From NCBI RefSeq assembly GCF_036321535.1, contig NC_087437.1:63800001-63864000 (forward strand): a stretch of 64,000 nt of DNA. The letters run 5' to 3'. Source of the stretch: Camelus dromedarius (Eukaryota). The number at the start of each line of letters is the position of its first letter. Positions within the stretch are counted from its first letter, which is position 1. The notes beneath the pieces were generated by a model that had not been told where the DNA came from, searched no databases, and was given only the letters and a program-made list of their open reading frames with translations. The position numbers were made by a program, and so were the translations under genes. Below, one piece after another: positions 40,210 through 53,049 of this stretch.

Positions 40210-40712
40210 CTCTCTTTTTTTTTTTTTTTAATTGAAGTATAGTTGATTTACAGTGTTGTGTTAATGTCTGGTGTATAGCATAGCATATATATATATTTCT
40301 TTTCGTAGTCTTTTTTATTATAGGCTATTACAGGGTATTGACTATAGTTCCCTGTGCTATACGGTAGGACTTTGCTGTTTATCTATTTTGTATATAGTAG
40401 CTAGTCTCTGCAAATCCCAAACTCCCAGTTTATCCTTTCATCCCTTCCTCCTTCCCCCCTGTAACCATAAGTTTGTTTTCTATGTTTGTGAGTCTGTTTC
40501 TGTTTTGTAAATAAGTTCATTTGTGTCCTTTTTTTTTTTAAGATTCCACATATAAGTGATATCATGTGATATTTGTCATCTCTGTCTGACTTACTTCACT
40601 TAGTATAACAATCTCCAGGTCCATCCATGATGCTGCAAATGGCATTTCATTATTTTTTATGACTGAGTAGTATTCCATTGTATATGTATACCACAACTAC
40701 TTTATCCAATCA
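40210..40712 (-). mobile_element. 5'-truncated lineage-specific L1 with perfect 17-bp TSD
   Basis: T-tail then aattgaagtatagttgatttacagtgttgtg...ttccctgtgctatac...agattccacatataagtgatatcat. TCTGACAGGGTTTCTCT at 40193-40209 and 40713-40729. Confidence 0.92.
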
Positions 40713-42099
40713 TCTGACAGGGTTTCTCTTTGAGAGCCAATTGAAGATGGGATGTGAGAAGATGGAATGAGACAGAAATCTGTCCATCAGCCACCTTCCC
40801 TTGTAGCTGAGGAGACTCACGCCCACACAAGTCCAGGTTCAGCTTGACTCCTCCAGGGAGCCCTGGTTTTTGACTTTCCCACTATGCTTCAACTAGTCTG
40901 AAAATCCCCTAGAACTGGACTCATTTCAATGGCTCTGGTGACACACATGCAACCCACAGAGCTACCTAGAGCCCTTGTCTGATGGGAATGGAGGCTCCGC
41001 CACTTTTCCCAGCTGCTTCCCCACCTAGGAGGCCTATGTGAGTGTTTGTTCTGGGCAGAGTACACATTCTTTTCTCCAGAGTACAGCTGGAGAAACAGGG
41101 TAAGGCAGGAACTGTGCCCAAACACAGGTGGGGGACGTGGGCCGGCTGCCTGCCTTCTGGCCCCATCCTGCTGACCTCTCTGGACCTCAGAGTCCAGGGT
41201 TGGGGCTGGTGATGCAGGGGCCTAGGGTACCAGGAGACCCTCCGCTTGATGCTCAGAACTGACCAGCAGCTCCAGGGTAACCATGTCCATCTCCTGTGTC
41301 TGTTAGGGACAGTGTTTGTCCAAGCTCGGAAGCTAGGGGAAGAGGGACTGTGTCTTCACTGGGGTCTTGTGTTCTCAGCACTCAGGTGCTTGGCCATGCT
41401 TGTTCACCAGCCCTTTGTGTTGTCTTTAAATGTCCTCTCCCAAAGCTGCTGGCAGCGGCTCTGCTTGGCCCAGGCAGGGCTGTGACTCAGACGCAGGGCC
41501 GAATGTGCCGCTTCTGCTGGCACTTTGCAATTGTTCTGCCTCATCCAGTGTTTCCTGGGTGGGCGCATCTCTCTTCTTCCCCACTATATTTCAAGTCCTT
41601 TGGGGGGAGAGGACGAGGTTGTACTCCTTCCTTGTAAACTAAATAAACTCAAAATGTTTGCTACGTCAGGAAAGTGCACACCTCCACGTGACTGCCTGTC
41701 ATCAGGCAGCAAAGGAAGCGGGTGGGAGAGAGAGAGAGATTCCCATCTGGCTGGAGTGTCAGAGAGGACCTCACTGAGGAGGACTCGAGATGAGTGTGAA
41801 TTCCATGGAGAGATGGGAGTGCAAGCAGAGGGGACAGAAGGAGGAAACTGACAAGGACACACAAGAAGGAGGGACCCAGAGCCCATGAGAGGGACTGTGT
41901 GAGGAGAGGCCCCGGTGGGCTGGGAAAGGCTGGCTCAGGGGTCCATTCTTAATCTCATGGACAGCAGGAGAGATCTGGGAGATCTGATTGATGCAGCTGG
42001 TCCATCCACCTGGGTGGTGGTGTGGCCATGGATTGGAAGGAGGAGAGGTGGCGTCCTTAGGAAGATGGAACTAAGAATGAGTTTCTCACTGCACTGGGA

Positions 42100-42275
42100 C
42101 ACTCAGGAACACTGCTTGAGTTTTTCCTCACAGTGATTCTGGGAAGAGGATGTTACTACCATCCTCATATCACGGATGAGGAAACAGGACCCAGGTCACA
42201 CATGTTGTAGGTGGTGGAGCCACGATTCAAGCCCAGGTCTCCTTGGCTCTAAATCTGTGCTCTTCATGCTACTCA
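42100..42275 (-). mobile_element. MIR SINE
   Basis: catatcacggatgaggaaaca...ggtcacaca...ggtggagccacgattcaagcccaggtct. Confidence 0.6.
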
Positions 42276-44059
42276 AGACTCTGCAAGACATGGAGGGCCT
42301 GGTAAAGAAATATTTTGATTTCATTGTCCATCACATCATTACTGAGGGATGCTTTAATGGTTTTCTTTTCTTTCTTTTTTTATTGCCAGTCTTTAATTAG
42401 ATAATAAATATAAGTACATCTCCCCTGCCAAAAAGGAAAAACAATAGATGGGACTAGAGCCCTGTTTGAACACTTTCACAACTGTGGGCCTATGGGCTGC
42501 TCTGCCTTGGGATGGAGAGATGAGAAAACACCCTTGCTTGTGTTACAAGGCCCCCACTGCCTTCTGACATCCTGCCAGCCTTGTCAATCACACTGTCACA
42601 TTGCAGGCTTACCAGCAGTTCAGTGCTGTCAGGCAGCCAGATTTGATCCCCAGAATAGTAACGCTGGGTTGGAGCCATGCTCGGCAGCCCCTGCCTTCCA
42701 CCTCTGGTCCTGACCCAAGCCGTGTGTTTGGAGAGTGGAGGATTGTCCTCCTTGCCCTCAGCCTTAAAAGGTCCTGCTTGTGGTCCAGGCATCCCTCATG
42801 TCCTTTGATAACCAATCGTGGTTCTGCCTTCTCTTAATTTATCTGAATGCTCCAGGAGCGTGTTCTGTCCTCTGCCTATCTCATCGCTTAGAGAGATGGG
42901 GGCCAGGAGTTCCCATCCAGCTTGGTAGAATGTGCTTTCTTCCTGTGTCCGAGCTGTGCTGCTCTAAGCTCTTGGGAGTTTAGCACTGGTCTTGGAGGAG
43001 CTGGTGCACAGCAAGTCTGCCTTCGCACAGCCCTTGTCCACGCATCTATCCCCTCTAGACTGGCTCCAGCTTGGCCAGGCCTTGTCTGAGGTGTGACCTG
43101 GGAACCACTCACTGCCAGTGGATTCTGGGGAAGGGGCAGTTACTGTGAGGTCATCCGGGGTCATCTCAGTCTCCTGATACATTTCTAAGGTGCTTTCTGA
43201 GACAGGCCAAGTTCTCTAGGTTGTTTTGGTAATAGCTGCGAGTCACAGCAGGGGCCTCAGAGAACAGCTGGGAAGTCTGGGGCATGTTGTTCCTGCCATG
43301 AAGAATGCTGACCAGGGAGAGAGGTCAGGATGCAGAATGATCCCAGCTTTCTTTCCTTTCCCCTCAGGAAAAGTTGCCTTGATCTTGCCATCATTTGCTT
43401 CAATGCAATCTTACATAAGTATCCCTGGGCAAAATACTTAATAGTCACTTAGGTAGCCATCTCTCCTTTTTCTGGCCAGCTCCCCCACCTTGACCCTAGA
43501 CACTAACTGGGCTTCAGGAGCACAGGTGAAAACCATCTGCTCTAGGCTCCAGGTCAGACATATGCTTGTTTTGTACCCTAAGTGCCAATAGCCACAAAAT
43601 GATCTTTTTTCCCCTAAGTAGAGGGGTGGGGTTGGAATGGTCACTCCCCACCTGCATATGAATTACACTGGCCCTTGGTCTCCCCTTGCTTTGCTTTTCC
43701 TGAGGAGGAGTCCTCAGGGGCTTGGTGTTTCCCTGACCAATCCAAGCCTGGGCCTGGGCTGAGCATCCGAGACCCGCTTCCCACCTGTCTGATCCACTCA
43801 CCTGTTGGAGCCATAAATATTCTTGGGGAACTTCAAATCAGGGCCTTCATTATGTTTTCCCCCCCAAATTGTTTATGCACATTTGGAAACTGAGAAAAGA
43901 AGAAAACAGTAAGCACCCCTAGCCCCACCACTCTACATAGTCACTATTGGCATGATGGTGAATTTCCTTCAAATTTTTGTGAACATATAGGTGTAGCACC
44001 CCTATAAGGAGGTCCAAAACTTTTTTTTTAATTTAATTACAATTATGCAGTACCAACCT

Positions 44060-44420
44060 TTTAATATCTTGCCTTTTTTATATGACCGAAAACACTTTTG
44101 GTGTTGATACTCTGTTTTTTTTCAAATAACTGCATAATATTTCATCAAGTGAATTTGCCATGTTATAGTTTAGCCATTCTCCTACTATTGGACTTGGCTC
44201 ACTTCCAGTATTTTAGTGTCATGAGTCGTGCTAAGATGAAGGTCCTTGCACATAAAGCTTCTTCCTTATTTAGGATTATTTCCTTAAGATTCTCAGAAGT
44301 GGAATTACTGGGTCAAAGAGTTTGAACGTTTCTAAGGCTCTTGACACATATTGCCAAATTGCTGTACAAAAGGATCAAGCTGGTTCACACTCCCAGTCGC
44401 AGGGTAAGCGGGTGCCTATC
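44060..44420 (-). mobile_element. Old L1 (L1ME-like) fragment
   Basis: tagccattctcctactattggac...aggattatttccttaagattctcagaagtggaattactgggtcaaag...attgccaaattgct. Confidence 0.7.
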
Positions 44421-45312
44421 CAGCTGCTTCTTGAAGTGTCCAGCCCCTGTATTACAGATGAGGAAACCGAGATGCGGAGATGGCAGAGGAGTGGTGATCC
44501 AAGGACACATGGCTCCCTGAGAGCAGAGGTGATTCTGGAACGGAGGCCCACAGGCTCTCACTTTAGAACTTTTAACTGTCCTCACCTCCTACTCCTATTT
44601 TAATAGTGTTTCCTTTCCTTTTTTTGAGATGTGTCCCAGTCTTTCCTACGGGGGCAAGGAGAGGACATAATTCTGCTGCTTCTGAACCGTGTCCACAGCC
44701 TTCCTGTATGTGCGCAGTGGAAGGCATCTGGGTGTCAAGGGTTTGGGTTCTAGTCCTGGCACTGCCTTTCCACACCTCACTTAACCCCCGACCTCCTGTT
44801 CCCTTACCTCTCTCTCGGGAGTATCAGTGCCTGACCTGCCTGCTTCATAGGGTCAATATGCAAAAAGCACCACAATATAGTAAGGAACAGTCCAAATGAA
44901 ATGTACTTTTATGATTATGGTTATTCCGAAAGTCTTCCTGGAATGGGAGATCCAACATTAGGACACTAAATGTCTAAATTAATTAACTCATCTGTAACAT
45001 CAATTTGTTCCAGAGAGAATATGAGGCATCTATTGGAGAGGTGTATGTGAAGATAAAATAAAACTAAGAAAAGTGATGCTGTACAACAAAGTGCATAAAG
45101 TTAACCATACAGTACTATATACATAAGATTTTGTTAAAAACGTAGATTTCAAGTTAGATTTTTTTAAACTACATTAAGCATGATGGAGAGGGAGAAAAAA
45201 GGTAAGACATAGGGACAATTCAAAAGGGATGCACATAACACCCTTCAGAGGTCAAAGAGAGACTATGTTAACAAAATGGTACAAACTGGTAAACACACCC
45301 AGAGCTCCCTAG

Positions 45313-45682
45313 ACTGCCACTGTCCAACAGGAACAGAACAAAAGCCACACGTATAATTTAAAATTTGACTAGTAGCCACATTTTTTAAAAACAAGGAAAG
45401 AAACAGGCAAATTTATTTTAGCATTATATTTTATGTAACCCTGTATACCCAAAGTATCATTTTAATGTGTATCCAATATAAAATTTATCCATGAGCTATT
45501 TTGCATCTTTACTAAGTCTTTGAAATCAGCATCTATATTATGCTTACAGTACAGCTCATTTTAGACTGGCCACGTTTCAAATGTCCAATAGCCACATGCA
45601 GCTAGTGGCCATCATAGTGGACAGCTCCACTACTGAGCACTTTCAGTGTTGCAGAAAGTTCCAGTGGACAGCGCTGCTCTAC
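45313..45682. mobile_element. hAT-Charlie elements (MER33-like plus MER3-like fragment)
   Basis: cactgtccaacaggaac...taatttaaaattt..ctagtagccacattt...actaagtctttgaaatc...aatagccacatgcagctagtggc...tggacagc, then gcagaaagttccagtggacagcgctgctcta. Confidence 0.75.
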
Positions 45683-46709
45683 ACATTCACCCCTCAACTT
45701 GCCCTGGAAGCTAGGGCTGTGGTGTAGAGTAGCCCGTGAGGGGCTGAGGCCGGGAGGAGGTGGAGAGATAGCCCCCAGCCCTGTCCCCGGGGAATTCTAA
45801 TGCAGGAGCTGTGGTGCTTATCTAGTGAGTACTTAGTCTGATGGAGGAAGCTACATTGTGGGTCCTCTGGGATCTCCCACTCTAACAAAGGGATCTCTCA
45901 GCTCTATGAAAGAGAAAGGCCCCCCCTTGAGGAGTTTGCAATGAAGTTAGAAATTTGGAACCCACCATCAAATGGTCCTTTATAGCAACATCATGGTAGA
46001 TGCAAGTATTCATAGTGACAGAATACAGAATACAGGAGGGGAAAATGAGAACCAGGAGGTAAGGACATGGCAAGAGGGGGATGATGGCATAAGCAAAAGA
46101 AACGTGGCAGGAAAAAGAAAATTGGGACAAAGTGGAGATGGGTGTGGCTGGAATGGTGAGGACCTGGATTTGGGGTTGGAGTGTGTGGGGATGTAAATAT
46201 CCTAAAGGTTTAGATATGATCTGACAAGCTGGGGCAAGCTAGTAGTTGGTAGGCACTTGAGCTGAGAAGTGACTGGATAAAAATGGTATTTGAAGAAGAT
46301 TATCCTGGTGGTGGTTGTGATGGTTTGGAGCCGGGGAGACTGGCCTGAAATCTGGACCAGAGTTTATGAGGGGGTAGAGAGTGTGGCAATAACAGATGGT
46401 AAGGCACATTCAGATCCATCCTTTGAAAAATCTCAGAGAACTGGGCACCTTGCTGTGCCACTGGGTCATCTCATCTCAGCCTGGGGATCCCCGAGGCAGA
46501 CCCCCCTAAACCATGCGATGGCCTGTACAATTGGCCATAGTAGGGGAGCACACTGGCCTCTCCAATCATTATGTAGCCAGGGTGTGTGGGTCCCAGACGA
46601 GGGGTGGGTGAATGGAAGCCCTTAGTTTTGGAGGGAAGCGGGCTTTGCTGGAGGTCAACTGGGGGCCTCTTTGCTGATGGGACTGGCTCTCCAGGTGCTG
46701 GGAGAACTG

Positions 46710-46723
46710 GTTGCCATGGCAAC
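46710..46723. promoter_or_regulatory. RFX X-box, perfect palindrome (GTTGCCATGGCAAC)
   Basis: Exact 14-bp RFX consensus palindrome. Confidence 0.65.
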
Positions 46724-48560
46724 GGGCACAGGATGTCAGTGCTCTGAGGAGGGCAGCAGTTGGTTGCTTGGGTGCTGCAGGGCTGCGGAGATGGGGCACT
46801 CAGACAAGGGGGTGCCTGAAGCCCCAGGTACCTGACAGTCAATTTGACTTTGTGACAGGTGGGTTAACCCTTAAGCTTTCCTTCTTATTCTTCTCCTGTC
46901 CTCTCTTCTTCACTCTCCACAGTGGCCTCTCTGTGCCATGTCTCCCCCACAGACCTCCTTCACTGTTTTAGCCTTAAGATAAAACAGAGCTTGAGTCAGA
47001 GGTACACTTAACTAAGGCCCCGTTTTCCTCATCCCTCTTCTTCTCTGGGTTGGAAAGTCCACCACTTAAAGATCAGAGAGGGAAAAAATGGTTGAGAATA
47101 GGAAAGAAGATCCTTCTCACAGAACAGAAGAAGGGGTTTAAGCTAGACATCAGGAAGAACTTCCAGATCTGAAGATTAAGTGCTGGAATGGATGAGTCAA
47201 TTGTTCCTTTCCTCGGCAGTCTCTCAGCACAGGGGAGATGCCAGTCTGGTCAAGTGGGAGAAAAGAGGGGCCCAGTGATTCTAGATGTTTCTATGCCTAA
47301 CTCCCCACTGTGCCATAGCAAAGAGTAAGGAAAAAGTCGATTAGGCAAGGCACAGAGGAAATTGTTGGCAGAGCCCCCTTCCCTTCCACCTCGTTCCTCC
47401 CATTCTCAGGAACACCAGGACAGAAACAAATTTAGCCCTTCTATTTTTTAGTTTATAGAGAAAAAAAATAGCATAAAACCCTTGTTGGGCAAGAGGGAAT
47501 TCCTCCTCAGCTGGACCTCCTTTCATCCTTTCCCCATTCTGGAGATCACATCCTCTGTGAGTTTCCCCAAGGAGTAGGAAGGCACGTGAGTGAGGTGAAT
47601 GCAGGCGTGCACACCTGTGTGTGCTCCAGAAAGCAGAGCCCCTGGTCTGCTGTGCTGTGGACACAGGTCTTCAAATCCAGTAAAGGTTGCCTGAACGTCC
47701 TTTAAGGTGCTGAGCATGCTGTTGACTGCGGGGAACCAAACAGGCCACATGCTGTCTGTACACAGCTTGCCATCTAGCCGAGCGGGGAAGGTGAGTGTGC
47801 AGTCAACATGGGATGGAAGGAGTTGAAGGGAAATCTAGGGGAGCCTGCGAGGGTGAGGGGGATATCAGGGACAGGTGGGACTTTGTTGGGGAGAGAAGTG
47901 GCAAGCTCTGAGGGAACACCACAGGCAAGTGAGGCTGGCAGTGTGTAGGTGGGTGGGCGTGGTGAGGGGAAAGGAGGCTGGGGTTGGAGCGTGGGTATGT
48001 GTTGGGGAGATAAGTCATCCTGGGGCCTCAGTGGAGCCCAGTTTGGGGGTATTATGTAACCTGGTGGCCCACTTGTCAGATGATGGGCCCAAGGGATGCT
48101 GGAACTGAGAGTCCCACCTGGACACTGCACTGGCCCAGTGGGCCCTTTAAGTGGAGAGAAGTCTGTGTAATATCCTTGAGAGCTGGGAAGACCCTCTGCT
48201 CATCACACAAGACCACTCAAAGTGGGGAAGTCCAAAGGGTAATTCACTTAAAAAAAAAGGTTGCATAGTAACCCCCTTCTCTCCAGAATCCTTGGAGAAT
48301 AGGCCATTCTGTGTGGCCTGCTTTTCTAGATAATCAAGGATTTCTGCCAGCATTTATTATTATAACTATTTCCAGTGGAGGTCTTCCTAAAATATGTACT
48401 TTGTCCACTCCTTAAATAGTCACTGATATAATACAACGTTTTCTGGGTGACTCGAGCAATCATTGTGTAAGTTAATTATCATCTTCTGCTACAGTACTGG
48501 GTAGGCCTGGTGGGGGCTACAGGGATGTTTGCTCCTACGTGAAGTAGCCCAGGTGCTGGG

Positions 48561-48573
48561 GTTTTGTTTTTGT

Positions 48574-48604
<31 letters not shown>
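48561..48604 (+). repeat. (GTTTTT)n/(GTTTT)n simple repeat
   Basis: Direct reading. Confidence 0.8.
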
Positions 48605-49743
48605 AATAACTTATGTACTTAAAAAATCATTTTGTCTTCTTCCTTGGTGAATAGACTGTCACTTGTCACTTCTCAAAGTTATCAGAGTGCCCACCCAAGC
48701 AGCTCTTCACCTCTCCCACCCCTACCCCACCTCCACTTCTAATTTGCTATTTCCAACCTGCACGAGCTTGGCAACTGTATTATTAGAATTTGTGGAAACT
48801 AACAGTTATCAGGTACCTAGTGATAACCTGAGATTATCACTTGTGGGTAAAGTTTGTGAATGTGAGTGCATAGTCTAAGTGACATCTGTTTTGTCCCATG
48901 TAGGGTGTCTTTTTGGCTGTTTCTGGGTTCTCAGCTGTGCAACATCAAAGGCGAGTGTAAATATACATTCTTTTTATTCATTGGAAACCAATCAGATCCT
49001 CAGAAGGGAACTGAAAACTATTGATTGGTTAAGTATTGAAGGCAACATCCTTTAGTATTTCTGATTTGGGTGAGAAAAAAGATTTTTTAATCAAATTGAG
49101 TTGAGAATATAGAAAAGATACGTATTTTTTAAAGTTAGAAAAATAAATTTAAAATGTTAACCATCTTAAAATTAGTTGTTATTGTACATAGTCCCCGAGG
49201 GTCCTCAGCATCCCGGGCTGGAGGGAAGGAGGGGAAACTGGGAATGGGCCAGCCTGGGCCTGGGAGGTGGGAATCTGGTGCTGGTGTTCTGAAGGCCCAA
49301 GTTCATGATAACAATAGCTGCCGGTTAGTGAGCACTGGGCTTGGCCAGCCCCTATCACACTTGGCACACGTTATCTGGTTCTCATGGGATACCACACCCC
49401 TAGGAGTTAATGTCCTTGTCCTCATTTTATTCGGGGGCTCAGAGAAGAGGAATAATGTGCCCATAGCTGCAGGCTCGGCTCTGAGTAAAGCAGCTTGAAC
49501 CAAGGCCCATGTGGGCGTAGTCGGGGTAGGGACAGTTCCAGCGGCAGGAGCATGGGATTCTGTGCCTCACTTGTCTGCCTGGCATGCAGCCTGATTACAG
49601 AGACTTAAGTTCTGAGTCTTTGTACTGGTGGCCATTGTCTAGGCCCAGTGCATTTAGTCGCATGTCCCTTGAGCCACTTGGAGTGGGGAGACTGCTGGCT
49701 TACCCCCACAAAAAAACACACATGCGCGCACGCACACACACAT

Positions 49744-49745
<2 letters not shown>

Positions 49746-49785
<40 letters not shown>
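49746..49785 (+). repeat. (GT)20 microsatellite
   Basis: Direct reading. Confidence 0.92.
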
Positions 49786-49787
<2 letters not shown>

Positions 49788-50698
49788 CAGATAGAGATGC
49801 AGAGCAGGGTAACAACAGTGTCCTCTGCCTGTGGGTCCAGAGGCCTGGGTTCAGACTCCAGGGCCTCTAGGTTAACTGACCTAGGCCAGCCTCATGTCCT
49901 CTGGGCCCAGGCCTCAGGCCGCCAGTCATGAGCTGAGAGAGTTGGAAACGGTTTATTGGTCTCTCTAACTCTATTGTTTATGAGAATCTCCAGGAGCCAC
50001 GTCCTCACCTGTGATACCTGCAGACACCAGCCCGTCGCCACCATTCCTCAGACTTTCTAAAATCCCAGCGGGTTTTGTCTTACCTGGAACTCACAGAATT
50101 TTCCACTCAAGATTTCTCTGAGGAAAAACAAATCTTGACTGCATGCAGAGCCCTCTTACTCTGATCATAAAAGCTATATATATCCTTTGAAGAAATCTGG
50201 AAGATTTAAAAAAAAAAGCATAAAGGAGAAAATGTAAAACCACCCTGAATTCCACATTTTGAGATTTCCTCCTAATCACTGAAAACTGAAATTGCTGTAA
50301 TACAAGATATACTGTTCCGTAACATGCTTCCCTCACCCTTGCCACTATGTAGCACATCTTTCTTAATTACGTAAAGTAAATCAGATGCAGGAGGAGGCAC
50401 TAGCTGGAGAAGGGGCTTCGCTTCCGAGGCTTCTGCAAGCCTATGGCCCTGACCTTAGCCTCAGAGTCCCGGTCTGATGGGGGAGCCATGCCAGAGGCCA
50501 TGGCGGGGACTGCGTGTGCCCCTGAGAGCAGAGATGACACTGTCAGGGCCAGCAGCCCCTAAAGGGATGGCTTCTTGTCTGCGAGCAGATGACTAGGAGA
50601 GCCGATTGTAGCGGGACTCGCCACCCCAGGACCTGGCCACCCATTAGCGACAGCCCCTAGCTACAGAGAGAGCTGTGCATACGTATCTGTGTTATGAG

Positions 50699-50717
50699 TG
50701 GCGCCCCCTGGAGTTGT
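50699..50717 (-). promoter_or_regulatory. Candidate CTCF site
   Basis: Reverse complement ACAACTCCAGGGGGCGCCA fits the CTCF core CCASYAGRKGGCRS with two mismatches at the 5' end. Confidence 0.5.
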
Positions 50718-53049
50718 GCAATGAGAGGTTGTGCCAAAGCCCGAGGGACTGCCTGTGTCACCACTGTGAGTTAATAGGAGCCCTGGGCCCTGGAAACGAT
50801 TCAACACATTTCACAGGGTGAGGCTATTTTGGTTGTTTCCATCCTGTGGCATTTGGACCTTGGGAAGGGGAGACGGTGGGGGCTGGGCTGGAGCAAGGAG
50901 ACCAGAGATGGCCCCAAGAGTGTTGCTGCTTCTCAGCTTCCTGGCTGGGTGGGGTCTGCCTGCCAGGAAGGACATATTCATCGTCTGCCCTCAATCCTCA
51001 GCCCTGGAGTCTCTCCCTCCTTTTGGATGGGAAGTCATAATTGTAATTTATAGCTTCTCTTTCCCAAGAGATGATCTTTCACTTTGTTTTGTCCGAGCTG
51101 CACTTGCTGTCCCCTGCACGGCCCTCAAGGGCATCTGGAAGTGTTTAGACAGTCTGTGGTCATCAGGCAGTGGCCCCGCTTAACCATCTGGGAAGGGTGG
51201 GTTTGGCCTAGTTTAGCGGCCCAGCGGCCTCAGGGATGGCACGTGCTTCGAAAGGCTCAGAATGTAGCTCACTTTTCTCAACTCAGACCCACACACTTTC
51301 CCTTCCTTTCCCGTCCATCTCCTCCCATCCCACCCACCTGGAGGGATCAGCACGCCTGCACTTCCTTCCAGCTTCCGGGCACCCCGGCCAGTCTGTTTGG
51401 GCAGCTGGTCCTTGTGTGCAGGTGCACTGGGCGGCCCTCAAACCCCCGGAGGGGTGGGTGGGAAGTGCACTGGCCCCCCACCCAAAGCCGGATCAGCACA
51501 CTGAGTCTTAGTGTTTACTTCTGGTTTCCAAAGTCATTCAGGGGAGGAGAGAAACCTGGAAATGCTCCCCTCACGCCCCCAAGAGTGTAGCACAAGGTTG
51601 AAGGTTGAACAAATACTCTCTTCTCAGGTGGAGATTTTAGGGGAAGACCATAGAGGTGAACCCTCATGGGTACAACTTCCAGCTTGCTGTCCTGAGCAGG
51701 TGAAGGGGAGAGGAGCAGGACAAGTCCATGCCAAGTGTGTGACTGGGTGGCCTAGCCTTAATGGCCCAGGACCACCAGGGAATTATGAGGAGGGTGCTTC
51801 ATCCACATCCACAGGGGTCTAAGCCCAGCCCTCGTTCCTTACTTCACAGCACCTCAATTCTCTAAAGCAACTTTTTATTCTCCTTTGTGTCTCAGCCCCT
51901 CTGAAAATCCCAGGAAAGCTGTTAACCTCCCTGCAGGGAAATGTACCATTTAGGGAGATTTGGGCTCCTGAGACCACCTATGCAAGCCTCAGACGGAGCC
52001 CTTGCTAGCCAGGCCTCACTGAGAGGCTGGCCCTCTGTGTCTCATTCTAGCAGCATGCACGGGAAGGAAATGAGCTTGAAGGTGCAGTGGGAGAGGAAGC
52101 ACAAGACTGATGCTGAACTGGGTGATCAAGCAGATTCTGAAGACTGCTCTGTATCTGCCACAACTGCAGCCTTCAGGGACCACCAGCTCCCTCTTCTCTC
52201 CCCCTTTTTGCACAAGCTGCAAGGAGAGTCAGGTTGGCTATGAGCTGTGTCTGCTGGGGAGGAGTAGCAGGGAATGGGGTCTGTTTTCTGAGCTGGTGGC
52301 TCAAAGTGTCTGTCCAACTTCCCAGCCCGAGACCAAAGCTGGAATCTTGATGGCCCAGGGATTGGCTGCCACCCTCACCCCCATCACCTGGGGCCACCTG
52401 CTCTGCCCTGGTACCCAGCCGTGTGCAGGAGCACTCCCCAGACCCTTCCCATAGCTCTGCCCCATTATATCTCAGCCGTGCTCCTGAGGAAGGACGAGGA
52501 CCATTTTGGACATCTGTGTACTCTCCATTCAATTAGGTCTTGATCATATTCCCTTCACCCTGGAATTTATCTTGCTCCGAGCCACGGACAGAGAAGCACT
52601 TATTCTGGGAGAGTTGATTGACCCTGTGGTCAGCGAGGGGGAAAGTGATAGGTTTTTCTAACCTCGGGGTTAGTGTCCTTCTCATCTGTTTGTCACATGC
52701 TTCTCTGCATGCGGTGCTCTCCTGGGGGCATCACCAAGAGCAAGAAACAGATGTGGGACCAGGAATTGCTGGCTGTGGTGTGCAGGGAGTGTGTGTGTGG
52801 TGGGGGTGGGGGTGGTTAGCTCTCTCTTGTGAAAACTTTCCATGTGCAAGGGGACCCTATTGGTACTGGGGGAAAGAGACTGAAAGATTTAGGGACAGGA
52901 CTGTAACTTTTAGCCCTAAGGTAACTCTTTAAGCTGTGTTTCTAATTTTTCTGAACCAGTTCCCTTCTCCTCCAGGACCAGAAGTCCTTGCAAGGATTTT
53001 CCAGTGAGGTTCGTAGCTTTCTTCGTATTTTCCTCCCCAGAGTGACCAG

